64,000 bases of DNA from positions 26,474,001 through 26,538,000 of the forward strand of contig CATNEN010000038.1 of assembly GCA_950097015.1 (NCBI GenBank). The letters are read 5' to 3'. Each line of letters begins with the position of its first letter. Positions within the stretch are counted from its first letter, which is position 1. The position numbers were made by a program, and so were the translations under genes. Below, in pieces: positions 14,072 to 27,573 of this stretch. This stretch comes from Macrostomum hystrix (lineage: Eukaryota; Animalia; Platyhelminthes). Under the pieces are notes generated by a model that worked only from the letters and a program-made list of their open reading frames with translations, made no database searches and was not told where the DNA came from.

Positions 14072-16568
14072 TTACTCAGTGGGCAGCTTAACAAACTTCG
14101 CTGTCAGCTCAGCGCAAAACCGGAGAAGGCGCATAATGTCCTCCTCTTGACGAGCACTGCTATCGAATTTCTGCCATGCCGCCTGAATCTTGGCCTCGCG
14201 GCATCTGTAGACTAGCCTGACTCGTCTTCCAGGCCCGCCAGTAGCTTGCAGCTGTCGAGACTGCAGAACTGCAAGGGCAGCCTGTTGCAATAGGAGCTCA
14301 GCCAAGGCATAGAGATTCAAGTTGCCCTTCCTCGCTCTTCGGTTTAGAGCCATATGCCAGCCCTCCACAGAGTTATTAGTCCGCTCCCTCTTGCCGTGGA
14401 CAGAGAGTTCTTCCAGGCTCCACACGCTACTCGACAGCCAGGTCACGTCCACATAGCGGCACAGAGAAACCAGCGCCTCTGTATTCGCTTTGTCGGCAAG
14501 AGCGCCAAAAGCAGTGTAAATGTGTTCGGCTGGGAGGAAGATGAGGGCCATCAGCTGCTTGCAGAACAGTCGCGTGCCCTTATCCACAGCATACGATGCA
14601 GCAAGGCCGAGCTCTTGAACTTTTCGAAAGATGCTCTGTGCGAAGTGAAAAGAGCAGCCCTGCAGCTCAGCCCTCGGGCAGGTATGATGCAGAGCCTCCC
14701 ACATCGCAGCCTCAAAGTCCAATACAGCTTCAGAAGGAGGAACTCCAGCCAGCTCAATTAGCTTTTGCAGAACTTGCAAGTAGTCGTGCTTTGATTTTCC
14801 TGACATGAGCGCGAAGCACAATGGCACTTGCTTGTGCTTCCCATCCTTCTGAAGAAGTCCATGAACTGAAAAGTAGATAATATTTACAATTTCATCCAAA
14901 TGGAACAAAGCGAAGTGGAGAGAAGAATAGGAGAGAGGGAGACCAGAAGTTTGGTGGTGAATGAGAAAATGGAGTGATAGAGAAATGGGTAGCGGTGGGG
15001 GAGAAAAAAAAGGAGAGAGATAGAGGAGGGAGAGATGAGTTAGGGGTGAGGCTGAGAGGGGTAGAGATAATTTCCAAATGACAAAGAAATGACAAAACTC
15101 AATGACAAAAAGTAACAAACTTACCAGAATATAGTTGCATGAATGGGCTCTTGACGACATAGAATGTTCCATCGAGAAACCACTGCTTTGTGTTGGCCAG
15201 GATTGCAAGCTGCTCGTCTGTTGCGAATATCAGGTGGCGCTTTTGCGTTCTGGCCACAGTCACGTCCGCCTTCAGAAAGTTTGGTGGAAGTGCATCCTCC
15301 TGCAACTCGAATCGGAGATCTGTTGGATGCTGCGGCCGACTTCCTGCGCGAAATCGGTTGGCGTTTCTAGCGAGCTGTTCCACAGTCGGGGGGTTGACGC
15401 CTAAATCGTCGCGCAGACAATGAGCAATCAAAGCACTTTCGGCTATCGCAGCAGCTGGCTCGAATCGGCATCGCTTTGCCTCGTTTTTTACGTCCCATTG
15501 AAGCTCTCTCTTAAGTCCAGCTGCTTTGTCCGCATGGCAGACATGTGGTCGGCTCACATAAAACGAGCCATCTGCTGTCTGCTTCACAGAACCGTTGCAT
15601 GTCAAAGCTTCGCTGCGGACGATACACTTCCAGTAATTGCAGCCAGCTTTTCCTCCATTGCGTCCGAGAATGTAGCCATGGGAAGACACGAGCAAGTCGC
15701 CGCCACGCTTGCTAATTCCAGGCTTCATTTCAAACTGTTCCGGCTCCATCGGTATCTGTACTTCAGCTAAAGGAGCTGGATCAGGAAGAGATCGTCGCCC
15801 AGCGGCATCAGTAGCCGTAGCAGCAGCGGCAGCAGCAGCAGCAGACAGCTCGGCGGCAGCATCAGCAGCAGCAGCACCACCAGACTCGGCAGCAGACAGC
15901 TCGGCGGCAGTATCAGCAGCAGCAGCACCACCAGACTCGGCAGCAGACAGCTCGGCGGCAGTATCAGCAGCAGCAGCACCACCAGACTCGACAGCAGACA
16001 GCTCGGCGGCAGTATCAGCAGCAGCAGCACCACCAGACTCGACAGCAGACAGCTTGGCGGCCGCCTGTTCAAGTTTTTTGTCAGATCGTGATTTTATTAG
16101 CAGTCTTATCGATGCAAGGCACAAGCTTTAATTTTCTGTATATTAAGCTGTCTCTAGCTGCACAGTAAGTTGGGATTTGCTTTTCTGAAAATCTTTATTT
16201 TCTAATCTGGTTCGTGTACTGCAACTTCAAGTTTATGTAGAAAACATTATAGATATAAATATGTACAGCAAATAATCTCGCTATTATAATTATAATTATA
16301 ATAAGTGGTTATGGTAGCTTGAACATGACGTGCACATGAATTCTATATTTACATGTGCCATAAAAGTCAATGAGCTACTTACGTTTTTTTCCTCACATCG
16401 TGAGCACATCCAGTTGAAGGAAACATTTTTGCTCAATATTTCGCGATACTCAGTCTGGGTCATATTAATGCCACAGATTCGATGCTGCCATTGATCACAC
16501 GAATCGCACAGCAAGGCCTGCTGTCGCGTGCTGACTATCTTTTGACAGACAAGACAAAAATCTGACAT
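14072..16568 (-). CDS. MULE transposase with N-terminal PHD finger and FLYWCH zinc finger (exons 16568-16383, ~16064-15125, 14865-14072)
   Basis: PHD CLVC..CDSC..H..C..WMCSRC; FLYWCH-like YWKC..C..HVCH; DDE core WFLDGTF / VLDFE / GCSFHF / TNNSVEGWH. Phase-1 intron 14866-15124 joins QLYS-VHG. Linkage of the PHD exon and the 16064 acceptor are inferred. Confidence 0.85.
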
Positions 16569-17859
16569 TTCGATTATCCAGGCACGCAAATGTGGTGTGC
16601 AATGACAATGAGTTGCATACGCTATATATATGTGGTTCAAAGCGAAAAGATTTTAAATTTGCGCGATATTTTGTCGTTTGATTGATTGTTTTACTGATTT
16701 CGGTTGTTCTAAGAATCTAAGTCTCGTTAAACTTGAGTTTCCAGCAGACGAAAAGTTTAACGCAAAATAGTTTGTTCGTCTGCCCAGCAGACGAACTGGC
16801 GGCAGACGAAAAGAGTGGCACCCAAAACTTTGTTGCTCTTTGTTACAAATGCTTGAATAAGGCTACTAAAGGAAGTATCAAGATTATAAGAAGCAGAGAA
16901 ATGCTCTCTTTTAATTACACTAAAAAACATTTTGGCAATCCTTCCATACCCCCCTGTAAATTCATGAATGTAGTTTTTTCGAAAGAAAACGATAATAGAA
17001 GTAAGGTGGCACTTTTATATTTTATTAACATGGATAGTAGATTGGGTAGGCATTAATTCATTGTTTTTTGATAGGCGGACTACTAGATATTACTGATACT
17101 GATATTGCTCAGTATGAGCCATAGTGAGAATAAACACAAAGACTTGAATTATACAGCAAAAATTACTTTTATAATTATTTTAAATCTATGTTCCAATGCC
17201 ATATGGGCTGGGCTTTGGATTGCAGATTCTTTAATTCTAAATCGAATGTAAGCTTGTTGTAATTAAATAATGTTTCGTGATAAAGTAGGTAAAAGTCGTA
17301 TAAAAACTGGCATTAAAGCTCACATTATACGATATAAAAAACAGACCACTACCAAAAAATAAATAAAATAATAATAATGAGATAATTGCATAAACAAAAG
17401 CACACAGCAGCTTATTGAAAAATATACGCAGATGAAAGCTTTTAAGTTGGACAAAAATGAATAATGCACAAATACGTGTTTAGTTTTTTTATTCCAGGCT
17501 GCTTAATACTTATCATACATAAAAATTGTTTTGCTTGAAGAAAAAAATATTTTTTGTATTTTTTTCGGTGTATATTTTGCTACAATTTGTTTAAATTCTA
17601 TTTCTCAAGACAAAAGTCCGGCTTTGTAACCTTAAATCTGACCTGTGGTCTAATTGCAGGCAACGGAAATGATTAAAAATGTTTAATGTAAATAGTGAAG
17701 TTATTAAAATTAGGGAACACATATTTAGCGTGTTCCCTAGTTTTAAGGTTTCTTATTTAAGCTTTTTGCTACCTGAAAAAGCTGTACGTGAAACTAAAAT
17801 CATGTTATATATGGTTTAACATTAGTTAAAATCACGATATATAGGTATGTTATCATTAA

Positions 17860-17955
17860 GTGTTAGCGTCTAAGGTGTTTTCTTCTCGCACCAAGGTCTC
17901 TGAGCTCGATTCGTCGACGAGTTCACGCTAATTTGGGGCAAATCCCTGGAGAGAA
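17860..17955 (+). mobile_element. Decayed SINE family 2 fragment
   Basis: CTCGCACCAAGGTCTCTGAGCTCGATTC..AATTTGGGGC resembles 56605-56662. Confidence 0.5.
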
Positions 17956-19459
17956 TGCAAAAAAGTAATAATATAATTAATTAAAGGGCTGCGGGCAAAG
18001 GCACATATTTGGGTGGCATTCGACCCGCAGCCAGCAAAGTGCAATTCTGCCCATTTTGTTGACTCGATACACACGTGCCTGCACACAGATACTATACCAA
18101 AGCACGCACTCACGCCAATGTCTACAGCCCTCCTTATATAATAAACATTTTTATATATGTTATTTTACCTTTACTAATGTGAACTTTAAGTTACGTTTAA
18201 ATTACAGTGAAAACATAAATTTGAATATTTTTCCAATCACTGATATCGTTTCATCGTACACAGGCTACTTATGAAAGTAATTAAAGCGACGCAAAATGTC
18301 GTTCTGACAGAAAATTATGATGAAGTAAAAAAGGACGCCCTTGATGGGTTAATAAAAATAAATTGCGCTCTTAGCGTACTCACAAAATAATTTGTATTTC
18401 TTCCGATTGTACAAACGTGACGCGGAAACACCGTTTACAAATACTATTAATCTCGTAAACAAACATAACCATTTTCAAACAGATGAGCTATTGAAAACGT
18501 TAAAAATTATCTTATGTTTTGCTGACCGTAGTAACTAACTTGACCATGGATAAAGCCTGAATTAAAAACGAATATACCCAACGCAGTTACTATTTTCAAT
18601 TCTTATCTAGACAAGCAAAGCGAATAGGCAAAGTACAAAAATGTGAAAAATAACTTTATATCAAATAAAGCGTCATCGTTAGTCAACAGGACAAACAAAA
18701 CTTTTTTAATAAACTAAAACACATTTTATTATAAAATTTGCGTAAACATTTAAAAGAAACATTTAAAATAACTAATATTTTCAATAGGCAAAGTTAATCT
18801 ATCTTCCTTAATAAAAAGTCTCAAAAGAAAAAAAAACAGCAGATGTATGAAAAACATACGACTGAAATGAGTGAACCAATTGTGCAGTCAATCAGCAGGT
18901 GAAACTGGACACTATCGTAGAAAAAATAGAAAACCCATAGATGCAGATATGATGATTAAAAAAAAAATTTTTTTCCTAATATCTTTAGTGTCAGTGATCC
19001 ATTAGCTAAAAACTATTTCAGCAAAAATATGATATCCGATATGAAAATAGGCAATATATTCTGCTGACAGTCAAATTTATTTTAATATTTTTTTACGACT
19101 CTAAATTATTAAACTGGTTATCATTTTTAACTACGAGTACTTTACGAGTCTCAAAGTTGACTCGTATTATTTTAATTGCAGTTGAAATATTATAGAAAAA
19201 GTTATTTTTTGTGCAGATTTTGTGCGAAAAGTAAAAATACATCTACTCATTAAGCATCGTCAGTCTTTTGAAGTAAAACAAAGTAAAAATGTAAAACAAC
19301 TTATAATTTGATATTTTATAAAACCATTGGAAGAAATGAGATTTTGAAGTTTTAAACATGTAAAAGAACTTTAAAATATAAAACTCTGAACAAAGCAAGG
19401 TCAAGAAACTCAGCAGTAGCAATTACTAGAGTAACAAAGATTTATATGAGTAAAATATA

Positions 19460-20330
19460 CAATCCTCAGGACTATAGCTTTGGGATCTACTCAATATTCA
19501 GGATCACAGCTTTGGGATCTACAATCTTCAGGATCATAGCTTTGAAATCTATTATACAATCTTCAGGATCACAGCTTTGGGATCTCCAGGATCACAGCTT
19601 TGGGATCTACAATCTTCAGGATCTCAGCTTTGGGATCTACAATTTTCAGATTGTAGAACCCAGCTTTGGGATCTACAATCTTCAGGATCACAGCTTTGGG
19701 ATCTACAATCTTCAGGATCTCAGCTTTGGGATCTACAATTTTCAGATTGTAGAACCCAGCTTTGGGATCTACAATCTTCAGGATCACAGCTTTGGGATCT
19801 ACAATTTTCAGGATCACAGCTTTGGGATCTACAATTTTCAGGATCACAGCTTTGGGATCTACAATCTTCAGGATCACAGCTTTGGGATCTACAATCTTCA
19901 GGATCACAGCTTTGGGATCTACAATCTTTAGGATCACAGCTTTGGGATCTACAATCTTCAGGATCACAGCTTTGGGATCTACACAATCTTCAGGATCACA
20001 GCTTTGGGATCTACAATCTTCAGGATCTCAGCTTTGGGATCTTCAGGATCTCAGCTTTGAGATCTACAATCTTCAGGATCTCAGCTTTGGGATCTACAAT
20101 CTTCAGGATCACAGCTTTGGGATCTACACAATCTTCAGGATCACAGCTTTGGGATCTACAATCTTCAGGATCTCAGCTTTGGGATCTTCAGGATCTCAGC
20201 TTTGAGATCTACAATCTTCAGGATCTCAGCTTTGGGATCTACAATCTTCAGGAACCCAGCTTTGGGATCTACCATCTCCAGGATCACAGCTTTGAAATCT
20301 ACTATCTTCAGGACCACAGCTTTAGACCTA
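19460..20330. repeat. 30-bp minisatellite TTCAGGATCACAGCTTTGGGATCTACAATC just 3' of the USP2-like stop
   Basis: About 28 tandem units with length variants. Confidence 0.96.
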
Positions 20331-20402
20331 AAGTTCAGTTACAAATGATCCATGGTATTTCAAACAGTAAAAACATAAAGCAGGCACACAGAGACGAGGC
20401 GG

Positions 20403-23400
20403 TCAAGGCTCTCTCTGAGGCAGTGAGCAGTCGCCAACAGATTCGTAGAACAGCACATAGCCCTGCGAACTAACCGCGGCCTCCGGGGTGCTAGCCAGTA
20501 CTTGCGAATCGTTGCAAGACAACCATTTGGTTCGATCGTAGGCGTGCCTCACAGTGGCCGTGTAGTGCCCGCCGTAGGGTGTGCCCGAGTGCTCGCTGAC
20601 TGCGTACAATGAGTAGCGAGTGCTCACCGCACTAGCCTGGGCCTGGCAATCTGGGAACGGATTGTGGGCATTTGGGGGCATCAGCACAGTAAAGTCTGAG
20701 CAGGGGATTTTCGGATTTTTAACAACCAGGAAAGTCTAAGCTGGGGATTTGGAGATTTTTAACAACCAGGAAAGTCTAAGCTAGGGATTTGGGGATTTTT
20801 AACAACCAGGAAAGTCTAAGCTAGGGATTTGGGGATTTTTAACAACCGGGAAAGTCCAAGCTGGGGATTTGGGGATATTTAACAACCAGGAAAGTCTAAG
20901 CTGGGGATTTGGGGATTTTTAACAACCAGGAAAGTCTAAGCTGGGGATTTGGGGATTTTTAACAACCAGGAAAGTCTAAGCTGGGGATTTGGGGATTTTT
21001 AACAACCAGGAAAGTCTAAGCTGGGGATTTGGGGATTTTTAACAACCAGGAAAGTCTAAGCTGGGGATTTGGGGATTTTTAACAACCAGGAAAGTCTAAG
21101 CTTGGGTTTTTGGTTTTTTAACAACCAGGAAAGTCTAAGCTGGGGATTTTGGGATTTTTAACAACCAGGAAAGTCTAAGCTGGGGATTTGGGGATTTTTA
21201 ACAACCAGGAAAGTCTAAGCTGGGGATTTGGGGATTTTTAACAACCAGGAAAGTCTAAGCTGGGGATTTGGGGATATTTAACAACCAGGAAAGTCTAAGC
21301 TGGGGATTTGGGGATTTGTCAACATCCGGAAAACTCTAAGCTGGGAATGGGATGGGATAGATGGAAACATAAAGATTCCAAAGAGATCTGCATGGTAGTG
21401 GTATATTCTAGCAGAAAATTTCGAGGACACGAACCGCGATCCACGAATGAGGCCAAGTCTAGATCGATGGGATAATCAACCAGCGTGTTCAGTTTGGTCC
21501 TGTATCTTTCGCCGGAGAAGCGAACCAGATGCAGCACCAGGATGCGAGGCAGTCTGCTAAGACTAAAACTTTTCTCGCATCGGCGCCTAACTTTGCACTT
21601 TTCACAGGTAGGCTTCTCGTCGCCGTCTAGGGTCTCACGCGAAGTGAACAGTTCCAGACAGTTTCGCAGAGTAGTCGAGCCGCCGTGCTGCAAAAAGTGA
21701 CATTTTTACTGACATTTCTACTAATATCAGTAGTTCGTGCAGCAGCGAATGATAAAATTGACACTTTAGCTGACGTTTCTACTGTTAGTAGAGTAGTTTG
21801 AATCGTTGTAAAAAATTGCTAGAATAGTTTAGGTTTTATTTAAGCAGTACGACAGTTTACTCCTAAAATCAATATATAAATAGGCTTGATTGTTGTCTAA
21901 AAACAGCACTGCAAACATATTTTTCTCACCCGCGGTATGGGAAGAGCAAGATCCCAAAATGGATCAAACGTGGTTGACTTGTGCCCGCAATGACTGCACT
22001 CCAGAGTTGATTTTAATTGGCCAACAAAGATGTCAACAATGGGACTGTTTTCCACAGACAGATAGCGCTGCCACAGCTTGGCGGACTTATCTGCGTCACT
22101 GAAACAATAATGCAACAATGGTTGGAAGTACTGAGTAAAGTAGAAAAAAGTCAAAATAAAGATTGACAAGTAAAGATTAAATACGTCAGTAGGTCTGTTT
22201 AGGGAGGGGTGTGTCAAACTGATTGGGAATGTTATAAGTGATAAACTGAAATCCCTGTTTGGGAATGGGATCAGTGATAAGCTGAGAGCCCTGTTTGGGA
22301 ATGGGATCAGTGATAAGCTGAGAGCCCTGTTTGGGAATGGGATCAGTGATAAACTGAGAGCCCTGTTTGGGAATGGGATCAGTGATAAACTGAGAGCCCT
22401 GTTTGGGAATGGGATCAGTGATAAGCTGAGAGCCCTGTTTGGGAATGGGATCAGTGATAAGCTGAGAGCCCAGTTTGGGAATTGGATCAGTGATAAGCTG
22501 AGAGCCCTGTTTGGGAATGGGATCAGTGATAAGCTGAGAGCCCTGTTTGGGAATGGGATCAGTGATAAGCTGAGAGCCCTGTTTGGGAATGGGATCAGTG
22601 ATAAACTGAGAGCCCTGTTTGGGAATGGGATCAGTGATAAACTGAGAGCCCTGTTTGGGAATGGGATCAGTGATAAGCTGAGAGCCCTGTTTGGGAATGG
22701 GATCAGTGATAAGCTGAGAGCCCAGTTTGGGAATGGGATCAGTGATAAGCTGAGAGCCCTGTTTGGGAATGGGATCAGTGATAAGCTGAGAGCCCTGTTT
22801 GGGATTCGGATCAGTGATAAGCTGAGAGCCCTGTTTGGGAATGGGATCAGTGATAAGCTGAGAGCCCTGTTTGGGAATGGGATCAGTGATAAGCTGAGAT
22901 CCCTGTTTGGGAATGGGATCAGTGATAAACTGAGAGCCCAGTTTGGCAATGGGAGCAGTTCCAATCCCAGTTTGTAATTTTAATTCCGAAACGCACCTGA
23001 GCTTATCCAGCTCCTCATAATTAATGGCAGGCAGTTTAGGCTTCGAGTCTCGCCTATGGATCGGGGCAACTGGCCCAGCAATCCGGTTAGAATCCTCGTG
23101 CAGGGCTTCCAGAAGGTAGCGCAGAAATTCTTCAGCGTCCTGCTGTCCGTAGCCGGCGAATCTGGCAGCGTAGCGGCCCATGCTGGCCCGGAGTTCGCTG
23201 GGCCGGACACAGCTAGTCAGGGATTCGGTGGACCATAGCTCTCGCATTAGGCGCCTGTGGTATAAGGTTTGAATTTGCTGGAACTGACAGTGAATGACTT
23301 ATCTTATTTGTAGGGAGCTGACAGTGAATGACTTATCCTATTTGTAGGGAGCTGACGGTGAATGACTTATCCTATTTGTAAGGAACTGACAGTGAATGAC

Positions 23401-24779
23401 TTATCCTATTTGTAGGGGAACTGACAGTGAATGGCTTATCCTATTTGTAGGGAACTGACAGTGAATGACTTATCCTATTTGTAGGGAACTGACAGTGAAT
23501 GACTCATCTTATTTGTAGGGAGCTGACAGTGAATGACTTATCCTATTTGTAGGGAGCTGACAGTGAATGACTTATCCTATTTGTAGGGAACTGACAGTGA
23601 ATGACTTATCCTATTTGTAGGGGAACTGACAGTGAATGACTTATCCTATTTGTAGGGAGCTGACAGTGAATGACTTATCCTATTTGTAGGGAACTGACAG
23701 TGAATGACTTATCCTATTTGTAGGGAACTGACAGTGAATGACTTATCCTATTTGTAGGGGAACTGACAGTGAATGACTTATCCTATTTGTAGGGAGCTGA
23801 CAGTGAATGACTTATTCTATTTGTAGGGAACTGACAGTGAATGACTTATCCTATTTGTAGGGGAACTGACAGTGAATGACTTATCCTATTTGTAGGGAAC
23901 TGACAGTGAATGACTTGTTCAATTTTCAAGGAAATGAACTGAATGACTTATCCTATTTGTAGGGAACTGACAGTGAATGACTTGTTCAATTTTCAAGGAA
24001 ATGAACTGAATGACTCATCGAATATATTTTGTAGGTAGCTGACTGGGTAGTGACATTTTAACATGTTTGTGAAAATATATCAGCCTTGCTCATTGCTAAA
24101 AGTGCAACAAAGTATAATAAAACAAGATATCGCACCTGAACGGCCCTGAAATGCGACCATCCAATGGCAAAGTGGCCTTCCCATTGTCGTCAGCCAAGGC
24201 CAACTCTAACAGCGGCCTAGTGTGACTAAGGCACTGCACTATGCTATTCATATAGCAGGTGTTGCCCAAATTGCCTAGGCCGATTCGACCGCGGCGAGAG
24301 CGTTGGCTCGAATTGCCGATTGCAGCCGACCGTGTTGACACTTCTACAGTACTAGTAGTATTATTAGTACTATCAACCATAGGCGCGGTAGCCTCAGTGT
24401 AAGATGGCGGCGGTGTTTTCAGTTTACAAATCGGCTCGCTATTATTATTGGCTGTTGAAGCAGCAGAATATCTAGACACCGACATTGGTAACTGCCTACG
24501 ATTCACGTCGCTGACATAACCACGTGTAGCTAAGATACTACTTCTCGTTGTTGGGGTTTCATAGCTACTGCCATAAGTAGTAGCACTATTGTAGCCATTG
24601 TTTAGCCGGCTATTGGATAAATTTCCACTGGCCGAGCTTGATAATGGATAATGAGTGATTGGCGATCTGCCAGCACCAGACACTACGGGGTTGGTGAAAT
24701 GCCGAGAGTAGTTGTGTCGGCCAGTACTGGTGGCATAATGTGTGCTGTCGAACCTAGTTGAACTAAAATTTGAACTCAT
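20403..24779 (-). CDS. USP2: USP2/USP21-like ubiquitin carboxyl-terminal hydrolase (exons 24779-24136, 23254-22997, 22098-21930, 21687-21435, 20650-20403)
   Basis: GLGNLGNTCYMNSIVQCLSHT Cys box, GYGQQDAEEFLRYLLEALHED, FVGQLKSTLECSHCG..FDPFWDLALPIP, ETLDGDEKPTCEKCK, YAVSEHSGTPYGGHYTA..NDSQV..GYVLFYE. All four introns are GT-AG with matching phases. Confidence 0.92.
20690..21350. repeat. 40-bp minisatellite AACAACCAGGAAAGTCTAAGCTGGGGATTTGGGGATTTTT (USP2 intron 4)
   Basis: About 16 units. Confidence 0.96.
22225..22955. repeat. 36-bp minisatellite CCCTGTTTGGGAATGGGATCAGTGATAAGCTGAGAG (USP2 intron 2)
   Basis: About 20 units. Confidence 0.96.
23280..24020. repeat. 34/35-bp minisatellite GAACTGACAGTGAATGACTTATCCTATTTGTAGG (USP2 intron 1)
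   Basis: About 21 units. Confidence 0.96.
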
Positions 24780-25381
24780 TTTAGAGACAAGAAATAGATC
24801 AGAAAATAGTTTCTTGTTCAGGCAGGCAAGAACTCTTGCAAGTGCTTTTACATCCGTCAGATTGTGGCAATTATTCTGTATCTGCAATATAAGAAATTAT
24901 ATAAATATGTTGTTTCTGTCAAACAGACCTGTTGAATTACTATCTTATTTAACTTAGTTGTTAGGTAAATAAAGCTGATCTTGAAAGCAATTATTAATTC
25001 ACTCCTTTCAGTGTCATCTTTGAGAAATAAATTTTCTGCCAATAAATATAATATAGTGAGAAAGAAAATGCTAGCTGTACAGTAACCATTGTACTGTACA
25101 GATAGCAATAATGAAATTCTTTTTTTCATGCTTCATTAACTGTTTTGAATAGTAGCATCCAAATCAGAATTTAGCTTAAAATTAAAGACAAATTTAGCTA
25201 CATTTTTAAACTTGCTTCACTTTGAAAAGCCACAGCAATGGGTGCTGAGAATGATTTTAATGTTTGAAATATTGGAATTTTAAGTTAGAAAATAGCTATC
25301 TGTTAAATACATTTTTTTCACATCAGAATATATGGATAAAATATGTTTACAACAGCCTTCATGAACAAAACTTCTCACCCA

Positions 25382-25960
25382 TACATGTGCAACCTCCCAA
25401 ATCTTAGCTGGCTGTGTGACTTAGTTTTTGCTCTATTTATGACTTAGTTTGCTCTCATTTGCTCTATTTTTCTCTCCCATTTCTCTCTTCTTCACGCCTT
25501 CCTTTTTTGTCCATTGGTCCCCCTTTGATTTTTTTTGCACTTGGTTGATTGGTTTTTGTGACTTACCTTGCTTGGCCCTTGTTTCACCTGGTTGGTTCGG
25601 CCGGGTGTTGCGCATGTATGTTCTCACCACAATCTTGTCTTTTGAAATCACTTTTGAAATGCACAAAATTGTGATCACATAATATCAGACCTAAAGCTAC
25701 GTACATGCGCAACCTCCCAAACCTTAGCTGGCTGTGCGACTTAGTTTTTGCTCTCATTTGCAACTTAGTTTGTTTCATTGCTCTATTTACGACTTAGTTT
25801 GCTCTCATTTGCTCTCTTTTTCTCTCCCCTTTTTCCTTTTCTTCACGCCTTCCTTTTTTGTCCCTTGGTCCCCCCTTTGATTTTTTTGCGCTTGGTTGAT
25901 TGGTTTTTGCGACTTACCTTGCTTGGCCCTCGTTTCACCCGGCCGGTTTGGCCAGGTTGC
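25382..25960. mobile_element. Two adjacent copies of a ~240-260-bp MITE-like repeat
   Basis: 25382-25619 has ends TACATGTGCAAC / GTTGCGCATGTA; a similar second copy at 25702-25960 has a truncated right end. Confidence 0.6.
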
Positions 25961-26280
25961 TAATAAAGAAATGCTAATAAAGGAAACAAGGCAGGGCAAG
26001 CTAACAACTTGGCAAGAATTAAACCAACTTCCTCAAATTTCTTAGTACTTTCCACCTCTTCTTTTCTCTCCTCCTTTGTTTTAGCCATAAAAATAGCCAC
26101 TAGGCCTAATAAACTGCTACACTAATACACATCATTCAAAACTTGCACAAATCTAAGTATTTACTCATGCTGTCATGGTTGCTAAGAAAGTTGTTAGCTT
26201 TAGTAAAGATAATTAACCATGCAAAACTAGGTAGGCCTAGGATTGCCAAATTACTAATTCAACTACCCTATAGGCTCTAC

Positions 26281-27573
26281 CAGTGTTGGGCAAGTTACTT
26301 TAAAAAAGTAACTTCCGGTCAAGTAACTTCCGGTTCTAACGAAAGTAACTTCCGGTAGTAGTTCCGGTACCTGCACTCGAAAAAAAAGTAACTTCCGGTT
26401 CTTCGGCACCGGTACTTTCTACTTTTGAAAAATCGCGTGTTAAAGAAGGGCTTAATTATGTTTTTATTATTAAAAAAACTAATAATAACATGCCTTTGCA
26501 ACTGCCAACTTGTCTAGAGTAAAACCAAGTGGAAAATGATTAAATGAAATTATTGAAAACGAAAAATGTATTTCTGAAAACCTATATTTTTATGGTTTTT
26601 GCTTCTTTTTCCAGCACTAAGGTTCAATCCTTGCTGTGGCAGTACTTTACCAATTACCACTCAAAAGTTTGGCCTGTGCAACTAAAAAAGCTGAAAAAAA
26701 ATTAGATTTGCATGTATTTTACACCATAACATTACATTAAGTTTAAATTTGAATAAAGCGTGCGCAAATAGACTAAACGTGATCAGTAAAAAATGAAAAT
26801 TCGAAAATTGAAAAATCGCGCCTCTGTTTGACGATAATTCACGCCTGCCCTCAGAAATCGCATATTCGCGCCTGAATCACACCACTGAATAACTAACAAC
26901 ACAAGTCTTACAAACTAATGACATAAAGTGACAACTCTAAAAAAGTGCAAAGAGTAGCTCTAGTGGCGCTGCTGCCCTGCTGGTAATTACCTTTATTAAT
27001 TCAATAACCTTTTAAGCCCTGAAAAAACTACTTTGACATTTAGACAATTTAGCCTAGGTTAACAGCTGAGAAAAAAGTTTGCATGCTTCTTAAAAGGAAC
27101 CCCCGTAATTTAAACTTGAAAGCTTTAGCACTAGTGTAAAAGCTAGATATAGACAGTCATGTTGTCATGACAAATCACATCAAATGCCTGTTGCCGCGAA
27201 GTAGTACAAGGCGGTTTAGTGTCGCGTCGGCAAGAGGTGCTCGCTTTGCTCGAATTAAAAATTTAATTTTTTAAAGAACCAAAAAGTTGTTAAAATTCAC
27301 CAACTAAATAAAATTAAAAATTTCTCGGCATTTCTTACGACATTATGAACTGATGATATGAAAATTCTTTCAATTTGTATGTTTTCTTTACTTTCTTTCT
27401 CTTTTTTTCTCTGCATTTAAAAAAGTGCCGGAAGTACCGGACTTAACAAAAAGTAACTTCCGATACCCTAGTCCGGCACTACAAAAAAAAGAACCGGAAA
27501 AAAGTGCCGCTTTAAAAAACAGTAACTTCCGGCACAAAAAGTGCCGGAAGTGCCGGAAGGTTGCCCAACACTG
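26281..27573. mobile_element. Non-autonomous hAT-like element
   Basis: TIR CAGTGTTGGGCAA / TTGCCCAACACTG, subterminal AAGTAACTTCCGG repeats, perfect 8-bp TSD GGCTCTAC (26273-26280, 27574-27581); no ORF. Confidence 0.9.

Larger units (their letters stand above)
12309..16823 (-). mobile_element. Mutator/MULE DNA transposon, apparently complete
   Basis: Imperfect TIRs (GGATTCCAGTTCTTTCGTCTGCCGCCAGTTCGTCTGCT vs reverse complement of the right end) with CGTCTGC subrepeats; 9-bp TSD AAAACTTTG at 12300-12308 and 16824-16832; encodes a MULE transposase. Confidence 0.92.

Noticed and set aside
19446-20330. Overlapping repeat ORFs (also 7350-7785, 10458-10823, 41939-42371, 44720-45320, 48610-49122, 62328-62937)
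   Set aside because: By-products of tandem repeats with no domain signatures.
21897-23247. Long ORFs with LITDPIPKQGSQ / ALSLSLIPFPNR repeats
   Set aside because: Read-through into the 36-bp intronic repeat; only 23254-22997 and 22098-21930 are USP exons.
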